Below are positions 50,352 to 60,688 of a DNA stretch of 64,000 bases, in pieces. A program made the translations under genes and the position numbers. Source of the DNA: Methanotrichaceae archaeon (GTDB lineage: Archaea; Halobacteriota; Methanosarcinia; Methanotrichales; Methanotrichaceae); contig CAVVKN010000010.1 of assembly GCA_963748825.1 (NCBI GenBank), positions 96,001-160,000 on the forward strand, in the 5' to 3' direction. Every line of letters starts with the position of its first letter. The stretch's first letter is position 1. The notes under the pieces were generated by a model. That model saw only the letters and a list, made by a program, of their open reading frames with translations, was not told the origin of the DNA and did no database searches.

Positions 50352-50795
50352 ATGAACGAGACGAAAAAGATTGTGACTCCTCTTCTGGCAGTGGACGCCG
50401 CCATACTCCTTGCTGGTGGAATTGTGCTCATCAAGAGAGATAACCCTCCCTTTGCAGGCAGCTATGCCCTGCCCGGCGGCTTTGTAGAGGTAGGCGAGAC
50501 GGTTGAGGCTGCTGCGGTAAGAGAAGCCCGCGAGGAGACGGGCCTGATCATAGAACTGCTGGGGCTGGTGGGCATCTACTCAAATCCCGCCCGCGATCCC
50601 CGGGGACACGTCGTCTCCGCCGCCTTTCTCGCCAGAGGCAGGGGCGAGCTAATGGCCGGTTCTGACGCCAGATCGGCCCAAGTCTTTCCTCTGCAAAGCC
50701 TGCCGCCCCTGGCTTTCGACCATGATAAAATCATAAGCGATGCTCTTTCTCTGGCAAAAAGCCAGTCCATTTTAATGGCGGAACGATCAAATTAA
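50352..50795 (+). CDS. NUDIX hydrolase (ADP-ribose pyrophosphatase-like)
   Basis: Nudix box GGFVEVGETVEAAAVREAREETG; RDPRGH; LAFDH. Confidence 0.92.
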   Translation: MNETKKIVTPLLAVDAAILLAGGIVLIKRDNPPFAGSYALPGGFVEVGETVEAAAVREAREETGLIIELLGLVGIYSNPARDPRGHVVSAAFLARGRGELMAGSDARSAQVFPLQSLPPLAFDHDKIISDALSLAKSQSILMAERSN

Positions 50796-50845
50796 AGTAG
50801 TGTGATCGAAATTAGCACCTTTACCTGAACGGGAAGAGATGTGTC

Positions 50846-52525
50846 ATGGAAGAGATCAGAGAGCTCATAGAAAAATATGCGCTGCAAAATGCCGTGAAGT
50901 ACAAAGCCGCACCCAATGCAGGGGCGGTAATGGGCAAGCTCCTGGGCGAGCACGCAAAGCTACGCGCCCGGGCCAAAGAGCTATCGCCTCTGGTAAAAGA
51001 GGTCCTGGCCGGCGTGGAGAAGACCAGCCTAGAAGATTGGCAAGCGAGGCTACAGGCCATAGCCCCAGAGCTGCTGACAGAGCTCTCGGAAAAGAAGGAG
51101 CCCGACAAGGGCCTACCCGCTCTGGAGGGTGCGGAAAGGGGTGTTGTCATGCGCTTTGCACCCAACCCCAATGGGCCGCCAACTCTGGGCAGTGCGCGGG
51201 GCATCATCGTCAACTCCGAGTATGTTAAAAAGTACGGCGGCAAGTTCATCATTCGCTTCGATGACACCGATCCTGTGAAGAAGCGGCCCATGCCCGAGGC
51301 CTACGGCTGGTATTTAGAAGACTGCGCATGGCTTGGCGCCTTGCCCGATCTGGTGATCACGGCCAGCGAGCGCGTTGACCAGTACTATCCCATTGCCGAA
51401 GAGCTAATCCGCAGGGGCGGAGCCTATGTTTGCGGCTGTGCGCAGGCCGTCTTCAAGGAGCACAAGGACAAGGGTCTAGAGTGCGAGCATCGGGATCAGA
51501 GCGTGGAGAAGAACCTGGATCTTTGGAAGCAGATGCTCGACGGCCGGATGGCGGAAGGCGGAGCAGTTTTGCGGGTCAAGACAGATATGCACCACAAGGA
51601 CCCGGCCATACGCGACTGGCCAGCTTTTCGCATCGTAACCGCCTCCCATCCGCTGGTAGGCACAAAGTATCGCGTCTGGCCGCTGCTCGATTTCGAGTCG
51701 GCGGTGGAGGACCACCTGCTCGGCACAACGCACATCATTCGAGGTAAGGATCTGACCGATAGCGGAAGCCGGCAGAGATATCTCTACGAGCATTTGGGCT
51801 GGAAGTACCCCCAGGTCATTCACTGGGGCAGGATCAAGATTCATCAGTTCGGCTCTTTCAGCACCAGTAAACTGCGCAAAGCCATCGAGGCCGGCGAGTA
51901 CACGGGCTGGGACGACCCGAGGGTACCGACGGTACGGGCCATGCGCTGCCGGGGCATCCGGCCTGAGGCACTGAGAAAGTTCATGATCGACCTGGGCGTG
52001 GGCGAGACCGATATTTCCATCAGCATGGACTCCATCTATGCTGAGAACAGGAAACTGATTGATCCAGAGGCCAACCGTCGCTTCTTCGTCTGGGAGCCGG
52101 TGGCCCTGGAAATCGAGGGCGAGGTCCCTGCCTTAGCACACGCGCCTCTGCATCCCACAGCAGATCGAGGCTTTCGGGAGATTCCTGCCGGGAACAAGCT
52201 GTTCATCTGCAGGAGCGATCTGGAAGCCTTCCAGGTAGGGGATAATATCCGGCTCAAGGATCTATGCAACGTAGAAATTACGAGCCTGGATCCAGCCAGG
52301 GCGCGCTTCCTGGGCAAGGATATGGGCAAGAGGACCAAGATCATTCAATGGGCGCCCGTGGACGGGCCGAAGGTGCGAGTGCTCAAGCCCGACGGAGTGG
52401 ATGAAGGTGTGGGCGAAGCTGGCATTGCCGAGGAGCTGGGCAAGGTGGTGCAGTTCGAGCGTTACGGATTCGTGCGGGTCAATTCCGTGGGCGAGACGAT
52501 AGTGGCGAACTTTGCCCACCGTTGA
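50846..52525 (+). CDS. gltX: Glutamate--tRNA ligase (archaeal type)
   Basis: MRFAPNPNGP, RFDDTDP, THIIRGKD, GWDDPR, QFERYGF. Confidence 0.96.
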   Translation: MEEIRELIEKYALQNAVKYKAAPNAGAVMGKLLGEHAKLRARAKELSPLVKEVLAGVEKTSLEDWQARLQAIAPELLTELSEKKEPDKGLPALEGAERGVVMRFAPNPNGPPTLGSARGIIVNSEYVKKYGGKFIIRFDDTDPVKKRPMPEAYGWYLEDCAWLGALPDLVITASERVDQYYPIAEELIRRGGAYVCGCAQAVFKEHKDKGLECEHRDQSVEKNLDLWKQMLDGRMAEGGAVLRVKTDMHHKDPAIRDWPAFRIVTASHPLVGTKYRVWPLLDFESAVEDHLLGTTHIIRGKDLTDSGSRQRYLYEHLGWKYPQVIHWGRIKIHQFGSFSTSKLRKAIEAGEYTGWDDPRVPTVRAMRCRGIRPEALRKFMIDLGVGETDISISMDSIYAENRKLIDPEANRRFFVWEPVALEIEGEVPALAHAPLHPTADRGFREIPAGNKLFICRSDLEAFQVGDNIRLKDLCNVEITSLDPARARFLGKDMGKRTKIIQWAPVDGPKVRVLKPDGVDEGVGEAGIAEELGKVVQFERYGFVRVNSVGETIVANFAHR

Positions 52526-52542
52526 GTAATAAGATATCAAAC

Positions 52543-53364
52543 TCAGAAGAGATTGATTGGCAGCAGCGCCGCAGCCAGAAAAGCCACCAGTGCCACTGCC
52601 ATTCCCTTTTTTAGCGCCTTCTGACAGCCCGTTGCGTCCCCGCGGACGATCTTCAGCACGGAGAAGAGGAAGAACAGATCCGCTACCGCTACTATCGCCA
52701 AATACACCCTGCCAAAAGGCGCAAAGAATCCCAGCACCACTGCCGCCAGGGCAAAGGCCGCGGCCAGCGCCGCTGAGGCGCGCTCGCCTGCCAGGATAGG
52801 CAGCGTGCGCGCGCCGCCCGCCTTGTCTCCGGCCATGTCCTCTATGTCTTTGGCGATCTCCCGGCTCATGCTAACCAGAAAGGAGAGCAAAAAGGGAACC
52901 TTGTTAGCTAGAAGGCCCGCGCCTCCTGCCGCTGCGCCACCGAAGAGAAAGGTAGAGCCGGTGAGAAAGGCCACGCAGATGTTGCCAGCCAGCGGCGTGG
53001 CCTTAAGATTGCGAGCGTAAAGGAATAGAAGTGCAGAGTTGAAGGCGGCCACGGTCAGACAGATCTGGTTCACAAGTCCCGCGAAAAGGCAGCCTGCCAC
53101 AAAGAGGGCAAGAGAATAATTAAAAGCCGCCCGCGCGCTGATGCGACCGCTGGGAATCGGCCGCTTGGGTCTATTTATGGCATCGATCTCTCTATCATAG
53201 TAATCGTTGATGGCGTTTCCTGCACCTGTAATCAGGAAAACCGTAAGGAAAATTAGCGCTGTCGCCCCAGGTTCCAGGCCCCCGGCGATAGCGAGACCTA
53301 TGATGGCTGCTGCTGCCGCCATCATGCAGTTGAACGGCCGCAAGATCTCCCAATATGCCTTCAA
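52543..53364 (-). CDS. Digeranylgeranylglyceryl phosphate synthase (UbiA family)
   Basis: NDYYDREIDAINRPKRPIPSG, REIAKDIEDMAGD. Confidence 0.92.
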   Translation of the reverse strand: MKAYWEILRPFNCMMAAAAAIIGLAIAGGLEPGATALIFLTVFLITGAGNAINDYYDREIDAINRPKRPIPSGRISARAAFNYSLALFVAGCLFAGLVNQICLTVAAFNSALLFLYARNLKATPLAGNICVAFLTGSTFLFGGAAAGGAGLLANKVPFLLSFLVSMSREIAKDIEDMAGDKAGGARTLPILAGERASAALAAAFALAAVVLGFFAPFGRVYLAIVAVADLFFLFSVLKIVRGDATGCQKALKKGMAVALVAFLAAALLPINLF

Positions 53365-53384
53365 TCCATAAGCCCCTGCGGCCC

Positions 53385-53717
53385 CTAGCCAGAGATGCCG
53401 CGCACCAGATAGAGCAGATAGAACTCAGTTAAGTAGCTATCGATGTTGCAGCGAGCGGGTTTGTCAAAAGAGAGCTCCTGTACGGGCCGGGTGAGCTTTA
53501 TCAGATATGTGCTGCTGGCGGGAACCTTCTCTCGGTAGATGAGACCAGAGCTTTGCATCTTGCACACTATCTTCGAACACTTGCTACTGTCGATGGACAT
53601 GAGACGCCGCAGCTCCGACTGAAACAGGCCGTCTCCTCGTGAGCCGATAAGATCAAGTGCTCTCTCCTGCAGGGCGGAGAAGCTGTTTGCGGGGGAGTTC
53701 CCTGAATTTTTTTGCAT
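53385..53717 (-). CDS. Winged-HTH (MarR-like) transcriptional regulator
   Basis: GLFQSELRRLMSIDSSKCSKIV...GLIYREKV; ATG at 53717. Confidence 0.75.
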   Translation of the reverse strand: MQKNSGNSPANSFSALQERALDLIGSRGDGLFQSELRRLMSIDSSKCSKIVCKMQSSGLIYREKVPASSTYLIKLTRPVQELSFDKPARCNIDSYLTEFYLLYLVRGISG

Positions 53718-54050
53718 TTTAACCACTGGGCCGGTATTAAAACTTAATTTATTTTGATATACAGTAATTGTGTTCTTTGAGTATAAATTCTTTTTGTCAA
53801 GATACACATTTTGCAGGAAAAATTTTAGAAAATACAAATAATAGTAAGATTGTGAGAGGATAAATTTATATTTAAGTATTTCAAAGAAAGTATACGAATT
53901 TTTAAGGTACTTTTTATGGCCATTGGTTATTCTCCGTTATTTTTACGGCTGCAGAAGAATTTGAAGATAAACTGGGTAACTCAAAGCCTCTGCAATGGTT
54001 TCATAAAGAATGCCTAAGTCCGGCAAAAAGCAGATGACAAATTATGGAAA

Positions 54051-54866
54051 TTAGTCCTTTTCCTGCAGTGGGAATTTGGCTCGAATCTCCCGGCTTCTTA
54101 GCACAGGCAGATCCAGCTCAGCCAAAATTCCCTCAATTCTCTTTCTCTCTTCCGAGCGGAGGGACTTTCTATCAAGATATGCATAGGTAGCTTTCGATTT
54201 GTGGCATGCCTCCTCCACTACATCCCGATTTACTCCCGCCATCTGGTAATTGGAGAAGAGATGCCCAAAGGCCACAGCCGCCTTGAACATGAGATCCGTC
54301 TGCCTGGCCACATAGTGCCCACCGCCAAAGCCCAGGAATACGGGAAGTTCCTTTATCTCCAGGGCTAAAATCGCCCTGGCTACCGCCTCCCCTGCCTGCT
54401 TATCCTGCCATTCTTTCAGAGTGCTTCCGATCTCGGCAAAGAAGCAGGGTGTCTTCAAATCCACCGGCCCGTGATGAGTGGCCTCGGCAGATACCGCGAA
54501 GCCGGGAAGAGCTTGGCTGGCAATGTTATGCAAAAATGAGCGTAGGCCGCAGGGCGCAGCCGCAGAAAGCTTACTCTGGCCGTCTTCCAGTATGCCTGTG
54601 AAGTGCCCTCCCAGCCATGGCAAACCGGCTTTCGCCTCATGCCGGCTGGCAAAGACTACCATCTCCGGCTTCAGGCCTAAGCCAGCCAGCCGATCATCCA
54701 GGCCGCTTAGCCGCGTCTGCTTTTCATCATGAATTATCAGTCGAAAGCGACCACTAGACCTGTAGCCTTCCAGGCACTGCCAGGACAATAGCTCCAGTAG
54801 ACGCTCATAAATATTGAGGCTTGCCGGATCTGCCCGAGAGCAGACTACGGCAATCTCGCCCGACAA
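54051..54866 (-). CDS. dtdA: Archaeal D-aminoacyl-tRNA deacylase
   Basis: FASRH, HFTG, EATHHGP, FAEIGS, GFGGGHY. Confidence 0.92.
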   Translation of the reverse strand: MSGEIAVVCSRADPASLNIYERLLELLSWQCLEGYRSSGRFRLIIHDEKQTRLSGLDDRLAGLGLKPEMVVFASRHEAKAGLPWLGGHFTGILEDGQSKLSAAAPCGLRSFLHNIASQALPGFAVSAEATHHGPVDLKTPCFFAEIGSTLKEWQDKQAGEAVARAILALEIKELPVFLGFGGGHYVARQTDLMFKAAVAFGHLFSNYQMAGVNRDVVEEACHKSKATYAYLDRKSLRSEERKRIEGILAELDLPVLRSREIRAKFPLQEKD

Positions 54867-54874
54867 TGCAATCT

Positions 54875-55942
54875 TCAGATCTCCTTGCTCACATCCAGCA
54901 TTTTAGCCACCATGGGCGCGTAATCGATCTTGCTGGCCTTGATCTCGGTGAGGGGCATGATCACTAGCATGGGCCGCTCCTCGATGAGGCCCTTGGCAGA
55001 GAGAGCGCGAAGCTCCTTATCCATGCGGCTCTTTAAATCCGGATAGCCTGTGGACAGGAATGCGCCGAAGATCTCCCCCGGCTGCAGATAGCTGAACAGA
55101 GGCGCTCCGATCCTGCGGAAGGCCTGGTAGACCTGGGAAAGATCCTCGCGATCGTGACCGTGCCTGATGCGCACATGATAAAAGGACATCAGCTCGCAGC
55201 AGATCTTTTGCCAATCCACGTAGGCTTCGCGGGTCAATAGGCCGCTCTGGAAGAACTTGGTTCGCTTTCCGGAGATGGTGGGCCGGGAGATGCCCGTCCT
55301 GCGGGAAAGCTCCAGGTCGGAGAGCATGGGATACTTCACAAAGGCGTAGAGCGTGAGCTTGTCCTTCTCTGTGAGACGGGAGTCCTCAGTTAAAGCGGCC
55401 TTGGGTGGTATTATCTCCCCAGAAAGATCGGATCTGGTGAGATCAAAGAGGCCGTCTACCGCGAGAGCAGCATCTGCAGAGTAGCTGGAGACCTGGAAGG
55501 GATAATGGAAGTAATGAATATCCTCCACAAAATCGTTCCGGTAATATTCGTCGATTATAGGATCGAAGTTCACCCGGAAGTCAGTGAGACTTCGAGAGTA
55601 GAACGTTGATACTGAATCGGTATCTGTGGCAATGTGCGAGACGCAATTGGGATAATTCACCCAATTCTGATAAGAGGGGGACCCCTTTCTTACCTCAAAG
55701 GGAGCGGTCGGACTGTATTTAACGAAGACGGAGGTCAGGATTTCGGCACCTACAGCTTCTCCGGAAGGCACATTTAAAAGCTTTATGAGTTTCCAATCTC
55801 TAAACTTTCGTTTGCTCTTGAATATCGTTGAGCGATCAACGCCTATATTAGAAGCGAGATCTATGTCACTGAGCCCCGGATATCTGGCAAGACCATAAAG
55901 AACTAACCTCTCCTTTGATGTCAATTTTAGCTGCATTCGCAT
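54875..55942 (-). CDS. Tandem-duplicated Lrp/AsnC-like HTH regulator
   Basis: Two repeats LT.K..L.LY....YP.LSD..L....G..R.TI. Confidence 0.75.
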   Translation of the reverse strand: MRMQLKLTSKERLVLYGLARYPGLSDIDLASNIGVDRSTIFKSKRKFRDWKLIKLLNVPSGEAVGAEILTSVFVKYSPTAPFEVRKGSPSYQNWVNYPNCVSHIATDTDSVSTFYSRSLTDFRVNFDPIIDEYYRNDFVEDIHYFHYPFQVSSYSADAALAVDGLFDLTRSDLSGEIIPPKAALTEDSRLTEKDKLTLYAFVKYPMLSDLELSRRTGISRPTISGKRTKFFQSGLLTREAYVDWQKICCELMSFYHVRIRHGHDREDLSQVYQAFRRIGAPLFSYLQPGEIFGAFLSTGYPDLKSRMDKELRALSAKGLIEERPMLVIMPLTEIKASKIDYAPMVAKMLDVSKEI

Positions 55943-56071
55943 AACATATACATTTTATAAGTATTTATAGATTACCTAATCTTCGATTTCCAGGTATATC
56001 TCTCCTTCATATACAAGGGATCGCATGATCAATTTTGCCAGAATTTAATCTGGGAGCTCAGAGCCTGCACT

Positions 56072-56734
56072 CTACCCGCGAGACTCTATTCTGAAAGGAG
56101 GGGGAACGTAAGCTTTTTTCCGGATAGAGAACGCAAAATCGTGCCCAGGAACTACAAAGTCTGCAAGTGCCATTATTCTCTGCATGCTAGCAATGGCCAG
56201 GTCACGATTGACATGCAAGGCTGGCGGAACCGTTTTAAGGAAGTTTCCAAGAGTAGGAAGGGCATCGCCCGCTATTACTATTACCCCGGAACCATTGCTT
56301 TCCAGCTCCATTTCAGCCTCCGTTTCCCTCTCTAATTCTTCTTCCTTTGTTTTCATTTGCAGGGCACCGGCCTTTGTCTCTACCACCACAGAAATGCTAT
56401 CCATGCTGTGGCCGGGAGTTGCCAGAACCCAAACGCCGGGTGCGATGATATCTCCTTCCTTTGCTGCCAGGACCTTCGCATGGGAAAATAGATGATTGTT
56501 GCCACAATGATCCGGATGGGAATGGGTATTGACAATGCTGTCGATCTCCTCCGGCTTTATGCCAAGCTTTGCCAATGCCCTGCAAAGCAGCTCTTCTTCA
56601 CCCAGAAGGCCGCTGTCCACTACAATCTTATGCCGCCCGCTGATTATCAGCGTCACTGAAGATCTTGCGTCTAAGATCCGGCCGCACTCGTCCCTTTCAA
56701 TCGAACCGGGCTTGAGAAGGAAAACCGATGGCAT
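56072..56734 (-). CDS. MBL-fold metallo-hydrolase
   Basis: VVDSG, THSHPDHCGN, TPGHS, AGDA, VPGHD; ORF could extend to 56833. Confidence 0.85.
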   Translation of the reverse strand: MPSVFLLKPGSIERDECGRILDARSSVTLIISGRHKIVVDSGLLGEEELLCRALAKLGIKPEEIDSIVNTHSHPDHCGNNHLFSHAKVLAAKEGDIIAPGVWVLATPGHSMDSISVVVETKAGALQMKTKEEELERETEAEMELESNGSGVIVIAGDALPTLGNFLKTVPPALHVNRDLAIASMQRIMALADFVVPGHDFAFSIRKKAYVPPPFRIESRG

Positions 56735-56855
56735 AAAAATGAAGCTCTCCGTATATGGCTCCAGGATGGCCAAGATATCAGCGCAAAAAGGAGGATGATT
56801 GACGCAAAATCCTTGCGGAAATTTGCTTTCCATTCAATTCTCCTTTTTGCCATCA

Positions 56856-58199
56856 TTAAGCCAGATAGAGCTTTTGCAGCTTCTCGTAGAGCCTCTCTAC
56901 CTGAGCCACGGCTGTCCCGATGTACTGGTGCGGATCTAGCATTGCCTCTATATCCTTGGCATTGAGGTGGCGCATGACAGTCTCGTTCTCTAAAAGAACA
57001 TCGACCAGCTCTCTCTTCTGCTCGAAGGCAGCCATAGAGCTCTGGCGCATGATCTCATGTGCCTGCTGCCGGCCCACGCCCTTCTTGGCCAGCTCCACCA
57101 TCACGTTCTCGGCCATATTCAGTCCGTGTAGCATTGTCAAATTGCGCTCGATATTATCAGGCCGTAGCCGTAGCCCGCTGAGCGTGCGCGTGGCCAGGGT
57201 GATGAGGTGGTCGGTGAAGATGAAAGCCTCCGGGAAGATGACACGCTCACAGCTACTGTTGGTCAGATCGCGCTCGTCCCAGAGGGGAATGTTCTCAAAG
57301 GCGGGCAGGATTTGTGCTCGCACGATTCTGGAAAGGCCGCAGATCTGCTCCGACTTAATCGGATTTCGCTTGTGAGGCATGGTAGAGGAGCCCACCTGCT
57401 TTTTGCCGAAGCCCTCCTCTACCTCGGCAATCTCCGTGCGCTGCAAGGTGCGCATCTCCACGAATATCTTGTCCAGGGTGGAGGCAACGAGCGCCATCCA
57501 GCAGACCATCTCTGCATGCCGGTCGCGCTGCACAACCTGATTGGATACGTCCACTTCGTTAAGCCCGAGATGCTCCATGACTCGCGCCTGAATCACCATT
57601 CCATTCTGGCCATAGGCAGCCTGAGTGCCCACAGCGCCGCTCATCTTGCCTACGGCAGCACGGGGCCGCATCTGCATCAGCCGCTCGATGTGGCGTGCGA
57701 TCTCCGAGGCCCAGATGCCGAATCGCAGGCCGTAGGTGGTGGGTACGGCAATCTGGCCGTGTGTGCGACCGGCGCAGACCAGGTTTTTATTTTTCATGGC
57801 CAGATCCAGCAGCAGCGCCAGGAGCTTCTTCAATTTGGGTTCCAGCACATCCAGGGAGGCCTTGATCTGCAGGCCGGTGGCTGTATCCAGGATGTCGTTG
57901 GAGGTAGCGCCCAGGTGAATCCACTCCCCAAACTTCGGAGCGCACTCCGCCATGGCCAGGACGGTGGCCATCATGTCGTGGCCGATCTCATCCTCAATCT
58001 GCTTGGCCCTCTCCGGGAGAGTAGACTCGGCGGCAGCGGCGATCTCCGCGGCTGCGCCCTGGGGGATCATGCCCAGCTCTTCTTCTGCCAGAGAGAGGGC
58101 CGCTTCCACGCGGAAGAGACAACGCAGCCGGAAGTCCTCTTCCCAGATATCTTTCATCTCTTTGGTGCCGTATCGAAATTCAATAGGGTGAATAGACAT
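56856..58199 (-). CDS. purB: Adenylosuccinate lyase
   Basis: HPIEFRYG, HLGATSND, GRTHGQ, GSSTMPHKRNP. Confidence 0.96.
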   Translation of the reverse strand: MSIHPIEFRYGTKEMKDIWEEDFRLRCLFRVEAALSLAEEELGMIPQGAAAEIAAAAESTLPERAKQIEDEIGHDMMATVLAMAECAPKFGEWIHLGATSNDILDTATGLQIKASLDVLEPKLKKLLALLLDLAMKNKNLVCAGRTHGQIAVPTTYGLRFGIWASEIARHIERLMQMRPRAAVGKMSGAVGTQAAYGQNGMVIQARVMEHLGLNEVDVSNQVVQRDRHAEMVCWMALVASTLDKIFVEMRTLQRTEIAEVEEGFGKKQVGSSTMPHKRNPIKSEQICGLSRIVRAQILPAFENIPLWDERDLTNSSCERVIFPEAFIFTDHLITLATRTLSGLRLRPDNIERNLTMLHGLNMAENVMVELAKKGVGRQQAHEIMRQSSMAAFEQKRELVDVLLENETVMRHLNAKDIEAMLDPHQYIGTAVAQVERLYEKLQKLYLA

Positions 58200-58693
58200 G
58201 GTGGGAGGATGGTGCAAGGGGTTGATGGAACTTTTGGTTGCGCGAAAATGGATCATATTTACTGAGGCAGGCACAAAAACTGTGATTTTATGAAATGGGC
58301 AGGCGAAAGAAGCGGTTTGGGATTAAAATATTCAGAAATTAGTAATATTCTTAAATAGCCATGATCTTATTGGATCTATGGCGATGGAGAATATATCGAT
58401 GGAGAAACTCTCTATCCAGTGCCGCATTTTCAAGGAAAATCCACTGAATAGCGCGAATTTAACGATATCCTTTTCAGCAGCCAGATCGTGCATAGTTGTC
58501 CATAAATCCTCAGACGGAAATAGCCGGAGCGACAAGCCAGAACTCTTTTCCCTATTATTTTTTCTAGCATCAATCATCCTTGAATGAACACTACAACATC
58601 TAAAAAATATTTATTATATAATTAATAAGGAATATAATAAAATATTAATAGTTGAAGCTTGTTGATATAATGAAATGATGCAGGAGGAGTGAG

Positions 58694-59848
58694 TTGATGT
58701 TCGTGCCGGGAAGGAAGGGCTTGATAAGGATACTTTTATTGGCGAGCATAATTTTGATGGTAGATCCGATAAGCAGTTCGGTCTATCCCTTCGGCAGCAA
58801 AGTCCTGCTGGGTCACTCTGATATTGGCATGCCACTTTATCGACTTCCCGCCGAGACCACCATTGCTTTCTGGGACATAGGAACTCCCGGTTACGATGTA
58901 GATGATCCTGTATATTTGCACATCAGCTATTCCACCAGTTGCACAACCAACGCCAACGACGTGAGACTATCTTTTTTAGGAAATGTGTCGCCCGGATCCA
59001 AGGTTAGGTTTAACGATTCTGATATGAATAAACCTCTAACACGACTGCCCTCGATAATCTGCTTCCTGAATGAGAACGGCAGCCAGGCATATGATCTCAA
59101 CGATCCGGTTTATCTGCACCATATCACCTATCGTGACCATTCAAGTCATTGCGATCATCCCGATCTTGCCGATCATTCCTGTTGCGATAATCCGGATAAT
59201 TCCAAAGATTTGACTGCAGGTTTCTTCGAGCGCATCCCCTACCGAGGCGAGGAGTTCCCTTCGCATGGATTGAGCTATGCCTTGTTTACAGATAATTATA
59301 AATTATTCATTTCTGATAAATTAATTGACAAAAGGCCGAGAAAGGTTGGAGAAATGCGGGGCCTATGCATTGAGATGATTCAAGGCTTAGAGGCAGACTA
59401 CTACCACGTTCTCGGAACCTGGCTCATCAAGATTGAAGCCCATAAGAATGAGGATGAATGCTCCCGAAGAGATGGCAAATGTGATGACAAATGCGATAAC
59501 GAACCTAATGACGAATGCGATGACAAATGTGATGACGAATCTTCCGGCTGCAGAAAAGAAGTGCTTGGGGACGAGTTTATCCAAACCAATGACATTATAT
59601 TAAGTTCGATGCTGGAGACAGTGGAAAATGGAACAAAGGTCACCAACGGCATGGATAAAGATATGGTGGCTTTGCCGCCCTTAGCAAGCTTCCTTGGGGA
59701 GAGTGATGCTACAAAAGTTGGATTCTTTGATGCAAACGGCAACAGAATTTACGACTACGAAGACGATGTATACTTGAATGTGCCTGTTGGTGTGTCGAAG
59801 GGCATTGTGACAGTAAATAATGTGCGACTCTCTGGGCCGATTCAGTGA
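58694..59848 (+). CDS. Secreted hypothetical repeat protein (YDxxDPVYL/NDVRL repeats) with Cys/His/Asp-rich inserts
   Basis: GGAGG RBS, signal peptide, three internal repeats. Confidence 0.75.
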   Translation: MMFVPGRKGLIRILLLASIILMVDPISSSVYPFGSKVLLGHSDIGMPLYRLPAETTIAFWDIGTPGYDVDDPVYLHISYSTSCTTNANDVRLSFLGNVSPGSKVRFNDSDMNKPLTRLPSIICFLNENGSQAYDLNDPVYLHHITYRDHSSHCDHPDLADHSCCDNPDNSKDLTAGFFERIPYRGEEFPSHGLSYALFTDNYKLFISDKLIDKRPRKVGEMRGLCIEMIQGLEADYYHVLGTWLIKIEAHKNEDECSRRDGKCDDKCDNEPNDECDDKCDDESSGCRKEVLGDEFIQTNDIILSSMLETVENGTKVTNGMDKDMVALPPLASFLGESDATKVGFFDANGNRIYDYEDDVYLNVPVGVSKGIVTVNNVRLSGPIQ

Positions 59849-59854
59849 AACGAC

Positions 59855-60072
59855 GGCGCACCCCGATGCGAGCATCGGGGTATTACGATAAAAATCAAAC
59901 TGCGTGAGGCCACCCCGCCCTAAAGGACGGGGATTCTATTACTTTTGCGAACAGACTGCATCCCCAGTCTGAGAATGTTGCTGCTTTGCTCTCGGTTGCT
60001 TTTACCAGTAGGCAGAAGCAGGGGCAAAGGACTCCGCTTTCATCCCCACCCTGCAGGCATCGGCATTCTTTC
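59855..60072. mobile_element. Non-autonomous IS200/IS605-type palindromic element (MITE/PATE-like)
   Basis: Hairpins ACCCCGATGC-GA-GCATCGGGGT (59860-59881) and CCCCGCCC-TAAA-GGACGGGG (59913-59932); degenerate end gctttcatccccaccct (about 60036). Confidence 0.6.
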
Positions 60073-60074
60073 AG

Positions 60075-60630
60075 CTACCGAGCCAGTTTATGGCCCTTCT
60101 CCAGCTGCTGAATCTGTTCTTCGCTTTTGGCGGCCAATTCCTTGAACTGATTGATAGTATCCCGCATTTTGGGCAGAGCTTCCTGCTTATAGGTGCTGAT
60201 GGAATCCAACGCTTCCATGACATCGGCAAAGGCAGTCTTCAGCGTCTCGACAGAGATATTGGCTTCCATTGATTGTTTCTGGATTTCCGCCCCTTGTCCC
60301 TTCAGCATTTGCGCGTTGCTCCTGATGAAATTATTCGTGATCTCATTGAGCATTTGAATCTTCTTCAGGACAATCTTCTGGTTATAGAGAGCGCCGGCAA
60401 CCATAACTGAGATCCGCAAAGCGTTAATCGTCACATTTCTGGCCCGTTCTACCCCGCGCATCAGTTCCTTATTATTTCTGATCACAATCTCTGTCGCCAT
60501 TACGCCCTGCTGATTGACGACGATCATCTGCTGCATATCCATAAACCGCTGCCGCAGCGGAAAGAGGACTTCTTCAGTGACAAATTTAACTTTTTCCGGG
60601 TCTTCGTTCCTGGCTTTGTAGCTGAGAGGT
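60075..60630 (-). pseudogene. Toxic anion resistance protein (TelA-like), 5'-truncated
   Basis: EVLFPLRQR..D.QQ, IRNNKELMRGVERA, NQKIVL; N-terminal half missing, TPR gene directly upstream. Confidence 0.72.
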
Positions 60631-60688
60631 GTTGCCGGGAGGATTGGCCGGCAAGGCTCTCTCAAATCTCGTAAAAAATTGCTGGGAA

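Noticed and set aside
51150-51200. GltX has TLGS instead of the HIGH motif
   Set aside because: To my knowledge a variant found in related methanogen GluRS enzymes; the rest of the gene is intact
58332-58577. 81-aa ORF with LRLFPSEDL, weakly like the PPC/DUF296 N-terminus
   Set aside because: Similarity is limited to a few residues; cannot support a call
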